From Verrucomicrobiota bacterium (GTDB lineage: Bacteria; Verrucomicrobiota; Verrucomicrobiia; Limisphaerales; CANJXF01), in assembly GCA_038214755.1 (NCBI GenBank), contig JBBQRQ010000008.1, positions 1 through 64,000 on the forward strand: DNA of 64,000 bases. Direction: 5' to 3'. Of the stretch, positions 1-10,038 are shown piece by piece (the first letter of the stretch is position 1; the number at the start of each line of letters is the position of its first letter). The notes below the pieces were generated by a model that did no database searches, was not told the DNA's origin, and saw only the letters and a list, made by a program, of their open reading frames with translations. The position numbers were made by a program, and so were the translations under genes.

Positions 1-302
1 GGAGTTGCCCGCGCAACCGCCGCCGAAAATCACGGGTGCAAAGCCACCGGCCAAACCGGTCCTGTAGTGAAGACCTGGGAAAGGCGCGCCCTGATTTTCA
101 AGCCTTTGCGCAATTTACCTCCTCGAATCCGCCAAGTCGGGTTAGTGTCCGCCGGTCGGATAGACGCTCGCGTTGGGGTTCGTTTACTTTTTGTCACGGC
201 GAAAAATCTTACCATCTTGGCCGAGCGAAAACATTTGACGGTAGTTTTTTTGTCGGATAAAAGAATGAGCTTCCTGATAACAATTGCGTTAAAAAAATCT
301 TT

Positions 303-2423
303 ATGAAAATTGACTCCAATAATTCGCTCGTTGGTTTTTCGCCAGTTTGGGCGAAAAAATTGACCTTGTCCTTTGCGTTCATTGCCACCTGTGGCTTGGC
401 CGTATTCTCCCCCGGCCTATTGCTGGCCGATATTGTGTACGTGAGTTCTTCGCCGCAAGGCGGGTGTACGGTAACGGCAAATTGCCCCGGTCCCAACACC
501 GATGGCACGTATGCCGAGATCGGTGGTCTTAACGTCGGTGACTTTGGCGCGCGAGGCACTGCGGTGGGCCGGCCGTCGCTTCGTCCTGTGCCGAGAACTT
601 ACATCTCAGGGACTTCGCTGACTGACACCAATCAAGGGGTTGACATCATGCCCGCATTAGGCGTTCCCGGCGCGGTTTATCAAATCGATTACAATTTCAG
701 CAGCACAGCGGGCAACACCAGCACGGATATTGTGATGTCGGCCACTGCTGCGAATGGCAGCTTGTCCTTCACTGAAACGGATAAGTTGCAGCGACAATTT
801 GGAAGTCCGAATAACCAATGGCAACTCATGGGCTACATCACCAATGGGACTGGCACTCCCACCATCTCCTTTCGCTATAAAAGCGGAGCCGTTAACGGTG
901 GAACGCAAAACCGGCTAATCATCGACACCTGGAGATTCACCCAAGTAGTCCCTTGCCTCGCCGTGCCCGTTGTCGATGTGACCGGCCCGCTTTCGACTAA
1001 CTCAAATCAGGTCATAGTGGCCGGTGTTAACAGTGCTGCAAACACAATTACGGTTTATCAGAAAACCACTTCCAGCTTCGTTCCAATCGGTACGAAAACA
1101 ACGGGTGTTACCGCGGGCGCTAATAGCGTCACCGTCACCGGACTGGTCAAGGGAGCACAAGTCGCCGCTACTCAAACGATCGGTACTCAGGAAGGTTGTG
1201 TGCCCACGGCTGGCACTCTCGTTGGCGGGGGAGCCAATCCCACCGTGCGGATTGCTTACACCATCCGGGAAACGATCGACACCGGGCCAGTTGGCGCTCC
1301 GGCCATTAATTTCAGCAACGCGAATCTCCATTTCCTGGGAGCGAACGTTGTTTCTGTTGGGGCACCCATCGATGCCAATGTCGTTTTCCCCAGTAATCAG
1401 TGGCAGACGTTCAGCTTGGTGCGCGGGGCCGCCAGTATCGCAGACGCCTCCAATGTGGTTGGAACCGTGATAGCCATCCCGGGATATAGCGCCAGTAGCA
1501 GCGTCGCGATCCGAGTATATGCCTATCGAACGGTCAATGGGATTCGGCTCTATTCGACCAACGGTGTGCAGTCGAGTACGGTGACAAGTAATGACACGTT
1601 CTCCGTTAATTGGGCGTGGAGTGCTGTGACGGGCGCAGAAGGATATCGTCTGCTCAGGAATGTTTTGGGCGACTTTCTGGAAAATGTAGACGTTCTTACC
1701 AACAGTTATACGGACAATAGCAGCGGATGGGGCTCCAACATCGAGGTGACTCCGAACAGCGCGCAGATAGATCGTTCCGTCCAATGGAATCCAACCATTG
1801 GGAATACCAATAATCTTCCAGGACAATGGGGCATTCTCGAATCGATCAATTTTGCGATCGTTTCCGACGACACCGGCCCGTTCGATCTCTACATCGACAA
1901 CATCCAAAATGGGTCAACCGTATTTCAGACGTTTGAAAATGCGTTGGCAGGAAGAACTGATTTTGGTTTTCGTTCTCCCACTTTTTCGGGAACAACCAGT
2001 GGCAATCTCCTTTCTGCTCCGAATGTCGGGGTCGTCACCAACAGCGCGGCGGACACGGGAACCAAATCGTTCCATGTGCAGTTCCAATGGAGTGGAACAA
2101 ATATAGCAAGGTGGTTGCGCTTGACGACCTCTGGCGTTGGCTCCTCCAATGGAACAGGTAATCCGTTGGTGAATCTGGATGATCCTATTTCTATCCGTCT
2201 TTTGCTTCTTCCCGTCGGCGCTCCTGCTCCAATAGCTCCTCCGGCCCCTTCGCTCTCAATCAGCAAGGTTGGTTCGGACGTATTGCTGAACTGGCCTGGC
2301 GCACATCGGCTGCTCGAAGCAACCAACGTCACGGGCCCTTATCTGACCAACGGCGTTACATTCGGGCCCTATACAAACGCCGCTCCGATCGATCCGCAGA
2401 AGTTCTACCGTCTCAAAGACTAA
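303..2423 (+). CDS. Secreted beta-rich (Thr/Gly/Ser/Asn) hypothetical protein with short C-terminal domain ending QKFYRLKD
   Basis: 706-aa ORF, hydrophobic N-terminal signal-like segment, Pro-rich linker before the terminal domain. Confidence 0.8.
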   Translation: MKIDSNNSLVGFSPVWAKKLTLSFAFIATCGLAVFSPGLLLADIVYVSSSPQGGCTVTANCPGPNTDGTYAEIGGLNVGDFGARGTAVGRPSLRPVPRTYISGTSLTDTNQGVDIMPALGVPGAVYQIDYNFSSTAGNTSTDIVMSATAANGSLSFTETDKLQRQFGSPNNQWQLMGYITNGTGTPTISFRYKSGAVNGGTQNRLIIDTWRFTQVVPCLAVPVVDVTGPLSTNSNQVIVAGVNSAANTITVYQKTTSSFVPIGTKTTGVTAGANSVTVTGLVKGAQVAATQTIGTQEGCVPTAGTLVGGGANPTVRIAYTIRETIDTGPVGAPAINFSNANLHFLGANVVSVGAPIDANVVFPSNQWQTFSLVRGAASIADASNVVGTVIAIPGYSASSSVAIRVYAYRTVNGIRLYSTNGVQSSTVTSNDTFSVNWAWSAVTGAEGYRLLRNVLGDFLENVDVLTNSYTDNSSGWGSNIEVTPNSAQIDRSVQWNPTIGNTNNLPGQWGILESINFAIVSDDTGPFDLYIDNIQNGSTVFQTFENALAGRTDFGFRSPTFSGTTSGNLLSAPNVGVVTNSAADTGTKSFHVQFQWSGTNIARWLRLTTSGVGSSNGTGNPLVNLDDPISIRLLLLPVGAPAPIAPPAPSLSISKVGSDVLLNWPGAHRLLEATNVTGPYLTNGVTFGPYTNAAPIDPQKFYRLKD

Positions 2424-2441
2424 ATAACTCTTTGTAGGTTC

Positions 2442-2474
2442 AAAGACCGGCGGACACCGCCGGTCTTTTTTTTT
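2442..2474 (+). terminator. Rho-independent terminator
   Basis: AAAGACCGGCGG-ACA-CCGCCGGTCTTT hairpin followed by a T run, just after the 2423 stop. Confidence 0.85.
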
Positions 2475-2516
2475 GATAAGTTGCTGAGGCATTGCGCGCC
2501 GTGCTAATTAAACTCC

Positions 2517-3284
2517 GTGAAACGAAAACTGTGGCGATGGCTGGCTTATGGATTTTTCGCATTGGCCCTTCTTTTCATCGCGTTCATTTTATCCATCGAC
2601 ACTCTTGCAAAATCCATTGCGGAGAAACGCCTCAGCGCCCAGACCGGGATGAAAGCGCATATTGGAAAATTTTCCATCGGCTTGTCCTCCCCCACCATCC
2701 ATATCCAAAATTTCGTTCTGAAAAATCCTGCGGAGTTTGGCGGAGATTCATTTCTCGAAATGCCGGAATTGTATCTGGACTATGACCGTGAGGCTTTACG
2801 CTCGGGCAAACTCCATTTGAACCGCGTCCGAATCGACATCGCAAAAATCCATTTGATCGAAAATAAAGATGGGAAAAAGAATCTCGACGGCTTGCAAAAG
2901 CGTCAGGCGAAATCAAAGTCATCCAGCGGCTCCGCTCGCAGGAGTGAACGTGCGTTCGCCTTCGACGGCATTGACCTGCTGGATGTCAGTTTAAATTCTG
3001 TCCAATTTACCAGTGAAAAACATCCCGATCAAAACCTGCAACAGGATTTCGCGATAGAACATGAGATGTTTAAAAATCTAAAGACGGATCTGGATTTCCA
3101 GACTGCGGCGGCCGTCTTGCTTTTGAAAGCGTGTCTCTCCGGCGTGCTCGACCTCGATACCTTTTTTAAAACAAGTCGGAAAGCGGGGAAGAAGACGAAG
3201 AAAGTTTTAGAGGAGCTTCCTAAACCTTTGGAACTGATTTCCACAAACTTGAATTGGACCAATTCGATTTCCACCAATTTTTGA
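2517..3284 (+). CDS. AsmA-like membrane-anchored protein
   Basis: N-terminal TM helix then IQNFVLKNPAEF..FLEMPEL pattern typical of AsmA N-terminal domains. Confidence 0.65.
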   Translation: MKRKLWRWLAYGFFALALLFIAFILSIDTLAKSIAEKRLSAQTGMKAHIGKFSIGLSSPTIHIQNFVLKNPAEFGGDSFLEMPELYLDYDREALRSGKLHLNRVRIDIAKIHLIENKDGKKNLDGLQKRQAKSKSSSGSARRSERAFAFDGIDLLDVSLNSVQFTSEKHPDQNLQQDFAIEHEMFKNLKTDLDFQTAAAVLLLKACLSGVLDLDTFFKTSRKAGKKTKKVLEELPKPLELISTNLNWTNSISTNF

Positions 3285-3294
3285 AAGAACTCTG

Positions 3295-4047
3295 ATGATT
3301 ATTCTTTTCGACATCGGAAATACGAACACACACCTCGGTCTGGCCACTCCGCACCGCGTGTTGCAGCAAAGAAATATTCCAACGGCGTGCTTGTTCAGCG
3401 GCGTTGCGGAGAAATTAATTTCCAGTTTCGTCCGCCACGAAAAAATCACCCATGCGGCGCTCTGTAGCGTGGTTCCTCGCGCCACGCCTCGTGTCCATGC
3501 GTTGTGCCGAGACATCTGGGATTTAAAATGTCTGGAGCTGACTCATAACACCGTGCGTGGAGTTGGGATCGACTATCCGAAACCAGAAACGATTGGGCCG
3601 GACCGGCTGGCCAACGCGCTCGCGGCAAAAATTCATTTCGGCGCTCCCTCGGTCGTGGTGGATTTCGGAACCGCCGTCACCTTTGACGTGGTGGATGCGA
3701 AAGGAAATTATGTCGGAGGAATTATCGCGCCGGGGCTGGCGGCGATGACCGATTATCTGCACGAGAAAACAGCGTTGCTGCCAAAAATCAAAATCCGCGA
3801 AGTGCGCGCGGTCGTGGGAAAAAATACCGGGCAAGCGATGTTGATCGGAGCGGTGCATGGTTATCGCGGATTAGTCCGGCAACTGTTGATCGAACTCAAA
3901 AACACTCTGGATTGCGAAAATCTCCCGGTCGTCGCCACGGGGGGATACGCGAAGCTCATTGCTGGTAAGCTGCCGGAAATCATCGCGGTTGAACCGTTGC
4001 TCACATTAGAAGGCCTGCGCCTCTTCTGGAAAAACACGCGAACATAA
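3295..4047 (+). CDS. coaX: Type III pantothenate kinase
   Basis: DIGNTN, GPDR, VVDFGTAVT, GGIIAPG, ATGG motifs. Confidence 0.95.
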   Translation: MIILFDIGNTNTHLGLATPHRVLQQRNIPTACLFSGVAEKLISSFVRHEKITHAALCSVVPRATPRVHALCRDIWDLKCLELTHNTVRGVGIDYPKPETIGPDRLANALAAKIHFGAPSVVVDFGTAVTFDVVDAKGNYVGGIIAPGLAAMTDYLHEKTALLPKIKIREVRAVVGKNTGQAMLIGAVHGYRGLVRQLLIELKNTLDCENLPVVATGGYAKLIAGKLPEIIAVEPLLTLEGLRLFWKNTRT

Positions 4048-4088
4048 AAACCTCTGCTGAGCGCCAGAAATAAATTCTCCGTCCGCCG

Positions 4089-4151
4089 GGAACGCCGATC
4101 TCCCGAATCCGCCATCGTCTCTCTAACTGCCGATCAGGAGATCGGCGCTCC
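4089..4151. repeat. Palindromic repeat family A (GGAACGCCGATCTCC...GGAGATCGGCGCTCC)
   Basis: Same arms recur at 15910-15979 and 54529-54599. Confidence 0.85.
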
Positions 4152-4161
4152 AATTCGAAAA

Positions 4162-5280
4162 TTACTTTTGGCCATCGTTCCAACCAGCGGGATTAACTTT
4201 GATTTCAGCCAGCGCGCGATGCCGGTTGCTTTTCGACATGCGGGAAAACTTTTTTGTCTCAACGAAAAACTTGCTCATCTCCCCGCCACAATCCCGAATG
4301 ATCTGGTGAAACGTCGGCACCAAATTGTAATAAGTCGCGACGGTGTTGAGGTGGGCGTTGTTGAGCGATTCGCCGAACCAATCGTCGTAAGCCGAGTCAC
4401 CGCCCCATTCCTGTTTGAGTTGCGCGTAATTTTCCAGGAGCCGTTGCAAAACCAAATTCTTTTCCTCGCGCATCGCCGCCGTATCGAGAAGCGCGCTGCC
4501 ATTTTTTGAATCCGCCTTTTCGTAAATTTCACCCAGTCGGGCGCGCGCGTCCTGAATCAAATTGACGAATTGTTTTTTTCGTTTGAGAGCCATTTGATAT
4601 TTTTTCAACGCCGCTAAATCATTTTTCTCGACGAGCCAGCGCCGCACGCCTTCCTCAGCAACGGCCGTGGCAAATGCCTCGTTGAATTCCGTGTCGCCAG
4701 AAATAAAAACGCGTTGATGCGCGAGTTCGTGAAAAATCAGCGCGGCCAACCGGCGCTCCGAATCGTCGATGAACGTGTTCAACACCGGATCTTTAAACCA
4801 GCCGAGAGTGGAGTAGGCATCGACTCCGCCGACAAAAACATCGAATCCTTTCTTTCGCAATTTTGCCGCATAAGTTAGCGCTGGTTGCTCCGAGAAGTAG
4901 CCGCGATACGTGACACGGCCGACGATGGGAAACCACCACGATTTTGGTTCAAGCGAAAACTCGGGTGCGGCGTAAACATTCCAGACCGCGTTCGAGCGAT
5001 GCAGATCAACGTAGGAAAGATAATGTCCATCGGCGGGCAGGCTCAGTCTGGTTTCGGCAAATTGCCGCAAAGCAAGGATCAGCCGGAATTTTTCCTTTAA
5101 CTGCGGAGGCGTTTCCGGCTCTCCGATGAGTCGCTGCAGCGGGCGCTGGTGCGACAACATTTTCATCTGCCCGGAAATCGCCTGCTTGTAATAACCGATC
5201 TCGTGACAACCTGCGACGAGCGCAACTAATAAAATCATCAGCGCACTGCCGAGCCATTTTTTTTTCTGCACGATAGACAT
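4162..5280 (-). CDS. Putative zinc aminopeptidase lipoprotein
   Basis: Lipobox LVAGC; AYSTLGWF.DP, HELAH and FNEAFA motifs. Confidence 0.85.
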   Translation of the reverse strand: MSIVQKKKWLGSALMILLVALVAGCHEIGYYKQAISGQMKMLSHQRPLQRLIGEPETPPQLKEKFRLILALRQFAETRLSLPADGHYLSYVDLHRSNAVWNVYAAPEFSLEPKSWWFPIVGRVTYRGYFSEQPALTYAAKLRKKGFDVFVGGVDAYSTLGWFKDPVLNTFIDDSERRLAALIFHELAHQRVFISGDTEFNEAFATAVAEEGVRRWLVEKNDLAALKKYQMALKRKKQFVNLIQDARARLGEIYEKADSKNGSALLDTAAMREEKNLVLQRLLENYAQLKQEWGGDSAYDDWFGESLNNAHLNTVATYYNLVPTFHQIIRDCGGEMSKFFVETKKFSRMSKSNRHRALAEIKVNPAGWNDGQK

Positions 5281-5398
5281 TTTTGTCCCTGGTCATTCCA
5301 CCCTGATTCATTAAAGCGTCGCGCAAGTTTTTCACCTTCCATATCGCGGCGACATCGCCGGCTTGCAACCCGCTAGCCGTCGCCGGGTGGAATTCCAC

Positions 5399-5529
5399 GT
5401 AGCGCAGGTTTGCAACCTGTATCGCCGATTTCCAATCGGCAGAGTGTAACCCTCCCGATGATGGCAACGGCATTCTCCGCCGCGCAGGCTGGAAGCGCTG
5501 CGATACGGCAGATTTGAAAACTGCGCTAC
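5399..5529. repeat. REP-like palindrome family B (GTAGCGCAG...CTGCGCTAC)
   Basis: GTAG-footed inverted arms; copies at 60226-60354 and 62039-62189. Confidence 0.85.
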
Positions 5530-5650
5530 GACTGGGATTGACCGACAGTTTAAATCACACCCGTATCACGGCCGATGTTTTCTTACGGGCGAGTGAAATG
5601 AAAAGACGTTGCCGGTTCTCCGTGGATGCAAAGAACCGGTTTTTGCGTTG

Positions 5651-5956
5651 TTACTTGGTTTCTCCCTTGTTGGCGTCTTTGATTTTCTTCATGTATTTGG
5701 CCGGCTCTTTCTTGAAGTCTTTCAAGCAATCTTTGCAGCACAGTTTGATTTCCTGACCCTGATGCGTGAAGACGTAAGGCTTGCCGTGTTCGCCCAGCTT
5801 TTCGTCGGAGACGACGCACTTCTCCAGCGGATACGGTTTGGCTTTTGCGTCCTTCTGCTCGCTCTTATCTTTGTGGTCTTCCGCGCGAATGCTCTGGACT
5901 CCGGCAACCAGGCCAGTGAACAAAACCGCGGTGAGGATATGTTTCGTTAATTTCAT
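5651..5956 (-). CDS. Secreted YHS/TRASH-like metal-binding protein
   Basis: Signal peptide; CVVSDEKLG..GKP..H.GQEIKLCCKDC; AAGGA RBS upstream. Confidence 0.8.
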   Translation of the reverse strand: MKLTKHILTAVLFTGLVAGVQSIRAEDHKDKSEQKDAKAKPYPLEKCVVSDEKLGEHGKPYVFTHQGQEIKLCCKDCLKDFKKEPAKYMKKIKDANKGETK

Positions 5957-6032
5957 TTCGTTCCTTTCTTTTTTTGTTTGTTGTTTTTCGCCGTCAACGT
6001 AGCGGCAAAATTTTTTATAGCGAAACGTTTTG

Positions 6033-6089
6033 GTAGGGCGGCGTTGCTGCGCCGGAAGGTCACGGCCAAGCAGCAACTTTGCCCGACCG
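6033..6089. repeat. Degenerate GTAG-footed REP-like palindrome
   Basis: GTAGGGCGGCGTTGCTGCGCCG...CGGCCAAGCAGCAACTTTGCCCGAC imperfect inverted arms. Confidence 0.55.
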
Positions 6090-6096
6090 ATTGCTT

Positions 6097-6300
6097 CTAG
6101 TGTTTCTCAACGAGAGCCATGCCGCACTTTGGACATTTACCCGGAGCGTCCTGCACAACTTCCGGATGCATGGTGCAAGTGTATTGATGAGCGTGACCCG
6201 CCGATTCGTGCTCGGATTTTTTACATCCATTCACGCCAATAACCATGACACCTATCGCCAGCGCGGACAGCACTGACACCAGCCATTTTGTTTTTTTCAT
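6097..6300 (-). CDS. Small lipoprotein with heavy-metal-binding domain
   Basis: Lipobox [28 protein letters not shown]. Confidence 0.9.
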   Translation of the reverse strand: MKKTKWLVSVLSALAIGVMVIGVNGCKKSEHESAGHAHQYTCTMHPEVVQDAPGKCPKCGMALVEKH

Positions 6301-6353
6301 ATTTCCTTTTGTTAGTTTTGTTAGTTCTGCAAAACGCGTTGTAGTCGCGACCA

Positions 6354-6455
6354 AAAGCGCCAGAGGACTGGCGCAGTCCAAGACGCTTCGCGTTCTTCAT
6401 GCCTCATCGAAATTCGCGCGAGCGTCTTGGACTGCGGTAGCCCTCTACCGCTTTT
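6354..6455. repeat. Intergenic palindromic repeat
   Basis: AAAGCG..AGAGG.CT..CGCAGTCCAAGACGCT ... AGCGTCTTGGACTGCG..AG.CCTCT..CGCTTT inverted arms. Confidence 0.75.
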
Positions 6456-6465
6456 CCGGTTTTGT

Positions 6466-7968
6466 TTACTGCACTTTGATTCGCATCGTTACTTCGTTTT
6501 TCGCGAGCAACGATTTCGTCGGTGGCAACGTTCCGCAAATCGCTTCATTGGATAATGACGAGGAGGCGGATGCCGTTTTCTCTTTCTGTTTTGGCAACTC
6601 AATCCCATCGCGTTTCAAATCTTCTTCCTGCGCGGCTACGGCGAGAGTTCCTTCAGGATGTTGATACCAGCCGGGGTCTTCGTAATTCATGATGCCTTCG
6701 CGCACTTTCAAAATCGTGAACAGTCCGCCCATCGTGATGTAATCGAATGGTCCCGGCCCGCCGACCATCGGGATGCTGTTCTTCGGATTTTTCATTCCCA
6801 TGTCGCCCATATCGCCCATGCCGTCCTGACCCATCGTCATGTAGCCGGGAAGGAACTTGCGGATTTTTTGGTTCAAACCCGTTGGATCAATTCCAATCAA
6901 GTTCGGAAACCGATGTCCCATTTGATTCATCACGTGATGCGTCATGTGGCAGTGCATCGCCCAATCGCCCGGCTCATCCGCCACGAATTCAAAGGTTCGG
7001 GTCTGTCCTACGGCGGTCAATGCAGTCACCTCTACTTGTTGCGCCGATTCCGCGATTTGTCCGCCATCCGTTTCCGTAATTTTGAACTGGTATCCGTGCA
7101 GATGAATCGGGTGATGACTCATCGCGCTTAAGTTTCCCAATCGAACGCGCACACGTTCGCCGAGTTTCACCACGAGCGGCGCTGTGCCCGGAAATGCTTT
7201 GGCGTTGAACGTGAAAATATTGAAGTCGGTCATTTCATTCGGATCAGGACGGCTGGCGCCCACTTCAATTTTCCATTCACTCAGCATGTAAGCGAAATCG
7301 CGATCGGGACGCGGATGTTTCGGATTGCGCGGATGAATGACAAACAGCCCCATCATGCCGAGCGCCATTTGCGTCATCTCGTCGTGATGCGAGTGATACA
7401 TGTGCGTGCCGTGTTGCCGGAGCGTGAATTCGTATTTGAACGTCTCGTCAGGCTGGATTGCTTTCTGGTTCAGGCCCGCAACGCCGTCCATTCCATTGGG
7501 CAAAAGAATTCCGTGCCAGTGAACGCTCGTCGGCGCGGGAAGTTTGTTCGTGACGTAAATGCGAACGCGGTCGCCTTCGACTGCTTCAATCGTCGGGCCG
7601 TGAACCTGCCCGTTGTAACCCCAACAATGCGCTTTGAGGCCGGGCGCGAATTCATGATTCATCACCGGCTCGGCAATCAAATGAAACACCTTCACGCCGT
7701 CCACGATTCTCCACGGCAGCGAACTTCCGTTTGGCGTGATGACGGGCGTGTAATCTTTTCCCGCCTCACCGGGCGGATGAGTTGGTTTGGGATCGATGCG
7801 CTCCAGCAGCGGTTTGTTTTTGTTGGCAGCGGCGGAAGTTTCGCGCGGTTTGTCCGGCTCACGCGTTTCGATTTGCGCGTTGAGTTTGTGCAAGAGAGTC
7901 GCGCCACCGGCCAGAGTTGCCGCGCCCGCCACAAATTTTCGACGAGAGAATTTAGTTTCGTTGTTCAT
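6466..7968 (-). CDS. Tat-exported multicopper oxidase
   Basis: SRRKFV Tat motif; HWHG, MYHSH, HPIHLHG, HCHMTHH Cu ligands; Met-rich segment. Confidence 0.93.
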   Translation of the reverse strand: MNNETKFSRRKFVAGAATLAGGATLLHKLNAQIETREPDKPRETSAAANKNKPLLERIDPKPTHPPGEAGKDYTPVITPNGSSLPWRIVDGVKVFHLIAEPVMNHEFAPGLKAHCWGYNGQVHGPTIEAVEGDRVRIYVTNKLPAPTSVHWHGILLPNGMDGVAGLNQKAIQPDETFKYEFTLRQHGTHMYHSHHDEMTQMALGMMGLFVIHPRNPKHPRPDRDFAYMLSEWKIEVGASRPDPNEMTDFNIFTFNAKAFPGTAPLVVKLGERVRVRLGNLSAMSHHPIHLHGYQFKITETDGGQIAESAQQVEVTALTAVGQTRTFEFVADEPGDWAMHCHMTHHVMNQMGHRFPNLIGIDPTGLNQKIRKFLPGYMTMGQDGMGDMGDMGMKNPKNSIPMVGGPGPFDYITMGGLFTILKVREGIMNYEDPGWYQHPEGTLAVAAQEEDLKRDGIELPKQKEKTASASSSLSNEAICGTLPPTKSLLAKNEVTMRIKVQ

Positions 7969-8027
7969 AGATTTTTTAGTTTTCAAATTTACCAGTGAAA
8001 AAATTCGCCCCTGCGTGATTTTTGTTC

Positions 8028-8231
8028 ACGCTCGCCCTCACCCCAGCCCTCTCCCCCGAGGAGAGGGAGCACGATGGTACGTCGCAGGAGATTCGTTTGT
8101 CGCGGTTTCAGTTTCCGTTTTCAGATCTTTTTGGAGAACAATGCGTCAAAACAGAAACGTCCCGCATCGCGACAAATCGGCGAATGTTTCTCCCTCTCCT
8201 TGGGGGAGAGGGCTGGGGTGAGGGCGAGCGT
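8028..8231. repeat. CCCTCACCCC-type long inverted repeat element
   Basis: ACGCTCGCCCTCACCCCAGCCCTCTCCCCC...GGGGGAGAGGGCTGGGGTGAGGGCGAGCGT arms. Confidence 0.85.
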
Positions 8232-8340
8232 TCATCATAATACATTCCGGGTTGAGGGTGAGCGTTTCATTTCATTTCATCATTGTAAAAAACACATCGC
8301 GGCCAGCATCGCTGACGCCATTGCCAAAATAATTTTCATA

Positions 8341-9756
8341 TCAATGTTTGTGTTTGGGTGGTGGTTCGTGGGAATTCGATTTTGTCGGCGCGGGCGTGGG
8401 AGAAACATCGCCGCTCAATTTTCCGCCAACGGCGCGCTCCAATTCAGCCCGCGCAATCCAGTAATCACGCAACGCTTCCGCGGAGGCACGCTCGGCGATT
8501 TGTTCGCGCTCCTTGGCGGCGAGCAATTGATAAGTGCCTTCCTGCATGGCGTTGTATTGCAGCAATGTTTCGCGCAAGACGCGCTGGCGCTGCGGCAGAA
8601 GAATTTTTTGATAATACTCCGCGACGTCACGCGCGGCGATGAGCGCATCGCGAGCTTCGCGGACTTCGGAGCGGACATTGACGGCCAATGCTTCAAAGTT
8701 CCGTTGCGCCTGACGATATTGCGCGGCGAGTCTTGCCAGCGCGGATTGGCCTTGATCGAACAACGGCAACTCCAGGGAAAGATTCGGCCCGGTGACTCGC
8801 TGTCCATCTGTCTCTCGCTCCGTGCTGACGCCAATTTTTGCGCCGGGAAAGAAGCGTGAATTGCTTTTCAATCGCAATGCGCTGGCAACGGATTGAGCCT
8901 GATTTCGCGAGGCGGACAAATCCAATCGCTGCTCGACCGCGAGCGATTCGAGATTTTCCAGCGGCAATTCTTTTTCCGGCAATGCAGGCAAATTCTCTGC
9001 GGCCTTCCAACTGGTTTGTTTTCCCCAAAGACCGAGCAAGCGATTCAACTTCTCACGGTCAGCACGCGATTGTGCCGTCGCTTGCGCAAAGTCCAGCCGC
9101 GATTGCGAGTAAGCCGTTTGTTGATTGAAAAATTCCAGATCAGGAATATTGCCCGCGTCGTGCTGCCGCTTCGCCAAATCCGCCGCCGCTTCGTTGACTT
9201 CAATAATCACACTCAATCGTTTTGCGAATTGTTCCCGCGCTTGCAACGTGTAGAACGCGGTTTGAACTTCGCTCGCCAAACGCAGGACTGCTCCGGCCAC
9301 GCGCAATTTCGTTTGCTCCAAACTTCGCGCCGCAATTTTTTTTCGGATGGGCAACGTCAGCAAATCGAGAAAATCCGCCGCTGCGGAATATTCCGTGTTC
9401 ACCATCGAAGGCGGTCGGTCGGGAATGCGCCAGCTTCCGGCAATCTCGATGTTTCGCAGCCGCGAGACTTGCGCCAATTCCGCTTGTGAAATTCCAATCT
9501 CCTCAAACTCCGCTTGCAGTGTGCGATTGTTCAACAGCGCAATTGCCACGGCGGATTGCGCGGTGAGATTCGTTTGCAGCAACGTTTCGACTGACTTCGT
9601 AATTTCTTCTCCGCCGTCGCGCATCCATTGCACGCGGTGGCCGGTGCGGTCGCTCACAGTTTTTCCAACATCATCAAACGCCGCTTTGGGATTCGGGCTG
9701 ATGCAACCGGCCAATATCACCGGAAACGCGCTCGCCAGAAAAATAGCTTTATTCAT
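8341..9756 (-). CDS. TolC-family outer-membrane efflux lipoprotein, copper-associated
   Basis: Lipobox LAGC; AVAIALLNN, LELPLFDQG, ARAELERAVG; His-rich tail; next to the multicopper oxidase. Confidence 0.9.
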   Translation of the reverse strand: MNKAIFLASAFPVILAGCISPNPKAAFDDVGKTVSDRTGHRVQWMRDGGEEITKSVETLLQTNLTAQSAVAIALLNNRTLQAEFEEIGISQAELAQVSRLRNIEIAGSWRIPDRPPSMVNTEYSAAADFLDLLTLPIRKKIAARSLEQTKLRVAGAVLRLASEVQTAFYTLQAREQFAKRLSVIIEVNEAAADLAKRQHDAGNIPDLEFFNQQTAYSQSRLDFAQATAQSRADREKLNRLLGLWGKQTSWKAAENLPALPEKELPLENLESLAVEQRLDLSASRNQAQSVASALRLKSNSRFFPGAKIGVSTERETDGQRVTGPNLSLELPLFDQGQSALARLAAQYRQAQRNFEALAVNVRSEVREARDALIAARDVAEYYQKILLPQRQRVLRETLLQYNAMQEGTYQLLAAKEREQIAERASAEALRDYWIARAELERAVGGKLSGDVSPTPAPTKSNSHEPPPKHKH

Positions 9757-10015
9757 GGTCATGTTTGTGTGCGGGTTTGGATTCAGGTTTTGCGCCGTGC
9801 TGATCATGTTCCGATGACGCCGGTTTTTCTTCGGAAGAAGTCAGCGTCAATAAATTGGTGTCGCTCATCAGAAACGCCATCGCGGGCGCCGAACCTTCCG
9901 GCGCATTCGGATTCATCGGGCTTGAATTCGACGACAAGTCTTGCGTTTTGATACCGACACAACCGGCCAAAGCCAGTGCGGCAGTTCCGAAAAGTAAATT
10001 GGTTAAGAATTTCAT
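9749..10015 (-). CDS. Small His-rich lipoprotein
   Basis: Lipobox LAGC; HDQH..HKHDHE tail; overlaps TolC start. Confidence 0.7.
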   Translation of the reverse strand: MKFLTNLLFGTAALALAGCVGIKTQDLSSNSSPMNPNAPEGSAPAMAFLMSDTNLLTLTSSEEKPASSEHDQHGAKPESKPAHKHDHE

Positions 10016-10038
10016 AATTGTATTTCTCACTTCTAAAA

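Noticed and set aside
8280..8339. Minus-strand mini-ORF MKIILAMASAMLAAMCFLQ* after TolC
   Set aside because: May be a signal-peptide remnant beside the repeat, but too short to assign.
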